Assembly (NCBI GenBank): GCA_963718665.1
Contig: OY970359.1
Location: 1,152,001 to 1,216,000, forward strand
Reading direction: 5' to 3'
Source of the DNA: an uncultured Phycisphaerales bacterium
GTDB lineage: Bacteria; Planctomycetota; Phycisphaerae; Sedimentisphaerales; Anaerobacaceae
Length of the DNA: 64,000 nucleotides
Shown here: positions 62,354 through 64,000 of the stretch, piece after piece
How the letters are laid out: every line of letters starts with the position of its first letter
Position numbering within the stretch: the stretch's first letter is position 1
The notes under the pieces: model-generated
What the model saw: only the letters and a program-made list of their open reading frames with translations
Told to the model about the DNA's origin: nothing
Databases searched by the model: none
Made by a program: the position numbers and the translations under genes

Positions 62354-63997
62354 CTACTTCAAGCCGTTGCCGTGATTATAGCGGTTTGTAATCGGCAGAC
62401 GCCTGTCCCTGCCGAATGCCTTGTGCGTGATTTTCACCCCGGGCGGCGACTGTCTTCTCTTATATTCGTTGCGGTCAACCATACGAATGACCCTGTTCAC
62501 CGCCTCTTTGGGCAATCCCTCGGCAATCAGTTGCCGGGCAGATTTATCTTCCTCAACGTATCCCTTGAGAATCTTGTCTAAAAGGTCATATTCAGGCAGC
62601 GAATCACTGTCCTTTTGATTCGGACGCAGTTCCGCTGTCGGCACCCTGTCGATAACGCTTTTCGGTATTACCTCCCTGCCGTTTATTTCGTTGATGTAGT
62701 GCGAAAGTTTATAAACCATTGTCTTGAAAACGTCTTTGATAACCGCGAAACCTCCCGCTGTATCTCCGTAAAGCGTTGTATAACCCACCGCAATTTCGCT
62801 TTTGTTCCCCGTTGTCAGCACCAATGCGCCGAACTGGTTGCTCAGCGACATCAAAATTGTACCCCTGATTCTCGCCTGCAGGTTTTCGTAAGCAAGCCCC
62901 CTGCTGTCCCAGCCGTCAACTTTTTCGAGCGAACCATTGAATTGCTCCAGAACAGAGCCGATTGGGATGGTCATAAATTTAATACCAAGGTTTTTGGCGC
63001 ATTTTTCGGCGTCGCCAATTGTCTCGACGCTGTTGAATTTCGAAGGCATCGTGATTCCAATTACGTTCTCAGGCCCCAGCGCAGCGACCGCGATAGCAGC
63101 GGTTAACGCTGAGTCAATGCCCCCGCTTAATCCTATCAGCACCTTGTTGAAGCCGTTCTTGCGCACATAATCCTTTGTGCCAAGAACAAGTGCGCGGTAT
63201 GCCTCTTCGGGTGTCTCAATATCAGCAACCCCGCTTTGTGGCTGCGGCTCGATGTAAACCGCCTTGCCTTTCTTTGTAATGTCCGCTGTCAGCAAATCGT
63301 CCTCGAACGCCTTGGCCATAGCAACGATTTTACCAGTCGCGTCGGCGAACATACTCCGCCCGTCAAAAACAAGCTCGTCCTGCCCCCCTACAAGATTGCA
63401 ATAGCCAACCGGGCAGTTGAACCGCTTCGCGCAATCGCCGACTACGCCTTGCCTCGTCCTGATTTTTCCCAGATGAAACGGCGATGCCGATATATTCAGC
63501 AGCGCATCGATTTGGCTTGTGCTCTTGAAGAATTTGCCAAGCCAGTTAATATCCCATATATCCCTGCAAATCGTTATAGCAATATTCAAGCCGTCCAGTG
63601 TGATAATCATCGGCTTGTTGCCCGGCTCAAAATACCGCGGCTCGTCGAAAACGCCCTCGTTGGGCAGAAGACCCTTGCGGTAAATTTTCGCAAGCCGCCC
63701 ATTCTGCAACATCCCCGCGGCATTGTAAGTTTTACCTCGATAATAATCCGCAAAACCGGCGACTATTGTTATCCCCGGGCAGTTCGCAGCAAGTTTCTCC
63801 ACGACTTGCCGATTGTCCTCCAGGAAATGTTTCTTTAGCAGTAAATCCTCGGGCGGATAACTGCAAACCGCCAGCTCTGGGAACACAAGCAAATCAACCC
63901 CCTGCTTTACCGCCTGCCCGTAAATCTCCCGCATCCTCCCGGCGTTACCCTCAAGGTCTCCAACCACCGCGTCAAATTGTCCTAATCCAACACGCAT
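62354..63997 (-). CDS. nadE: Glutamine-dependent NAD+ synthetase
   Basis: Nitrilase domain FPEL/YRK/IC, NLVGGQDELVFDG; GLSGGIDS, ENLQARIRG, TTGNKSE, NEYKRRQ. Confidence 0.95.
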   Translation of the reverse strand: MRVGLGQFDAVVGDLEGNAGRMREIYGQAVKQGVDLLVFPELAVCSYPPEDLLLKKHFLEDNRQVVEKLAANCPGITIVAGFADYYRGKTYNAAGMLQNGRLAKIYRKGLLPNEGVFDEPRYFEPGNKPMIITLDGLNIAITICRDIWDINWLGKFFKSTSQIDALLNISASPFHLGKIRTRQGVVGDCAKRFNCPVGYCNLVGGQDELVFDGRSMFADATGKIVAMAKAFEDDLLTADITKKGKAVYIEPQPQSGVADIETPEEAYRALVLGTKDYVRKNGFNKVLIGLSGGIDSALTAAIAVAALGPENVIGITMPSKFNSVETIGDAEKCAKNLGIKFMTIPIGSVLEQFNGSLEKVDGWDSRGLAYENLQARIRGTILMSLSNQFGALVLTTGNKSEIAVGYTTLYGDTAGGFAVIKDVFKTMVYKLSHYINEINGREVIPKSVIDRVPTAELRPNQKDSDSLPEYDLLDKILKGYVEEDKSARQLIAEGLPKEAVNRVIRMVDRNEYKRRQSPPGVKITHKAFGRDRRLPITNRYNHGNGLK

Positions 63998-64000
63998 TTG

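Noticed and set aside
1..64000. CRISPR array, rRNA, tRNA, integrase or IS transposase
   Set aside because: No regularly spaced repeat-spacer array, tRNA cloverleaf/T-loop signature or DDE/tyrosine recombinase motif seen by eye; a covariance-model scan was not possible

Overview
A gene-dense 64 kb bacterial chromosomal segment. Its gene content and style (D/E-x-N-rich secreted proteins, an HNH-AP2 endonuclease, TIGR03790-like and DUF4954-like genes) suggest a Planctomycetota (Phycisphaerae-like) organism, which is an inference. I found no rRNA, tRNA, CRISPR array or intact transposase. The left half is mostly housekeeping: comM/yifB, an mnmA-thiF-iscS operon, an ABC-2 transporter, tsaB, topA, and a prfB-pepA-folE-PTPS run in which prfB has a programmed +1 frameshift. 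It also holds a carbamoyltransferase/SxtJ/DUF5989/SGNH-TPR module and a tandem pair of paralogues sharing an unrecognised 81-aa domain. An AT-rich island at 20.3-24.5 kb encodes a DNA amino-methyltransferase, a PUA/EVE-like + PD-(D/E)xK nuclease, an HNH restriction-type nuclease and an HNH-AP2 endonuclease, and is bracketed by heptamer-repeat arrays; this is the best candidate for an undescribed defence system. The right half (33.7-60.4 kb) is a surface-polysaccharide locus with a structured ~200-nt leader, many acyl/acetyl-modifying enzymes and an FkbH/ACP/decarboxylase/ATP-grasp module. It also carries several chimeric deletion scars and frameshifts. Short REP-like elements appear inserted in frame in several protein genes. 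All family assignments come from motif recognition by eye; no database searches were run.
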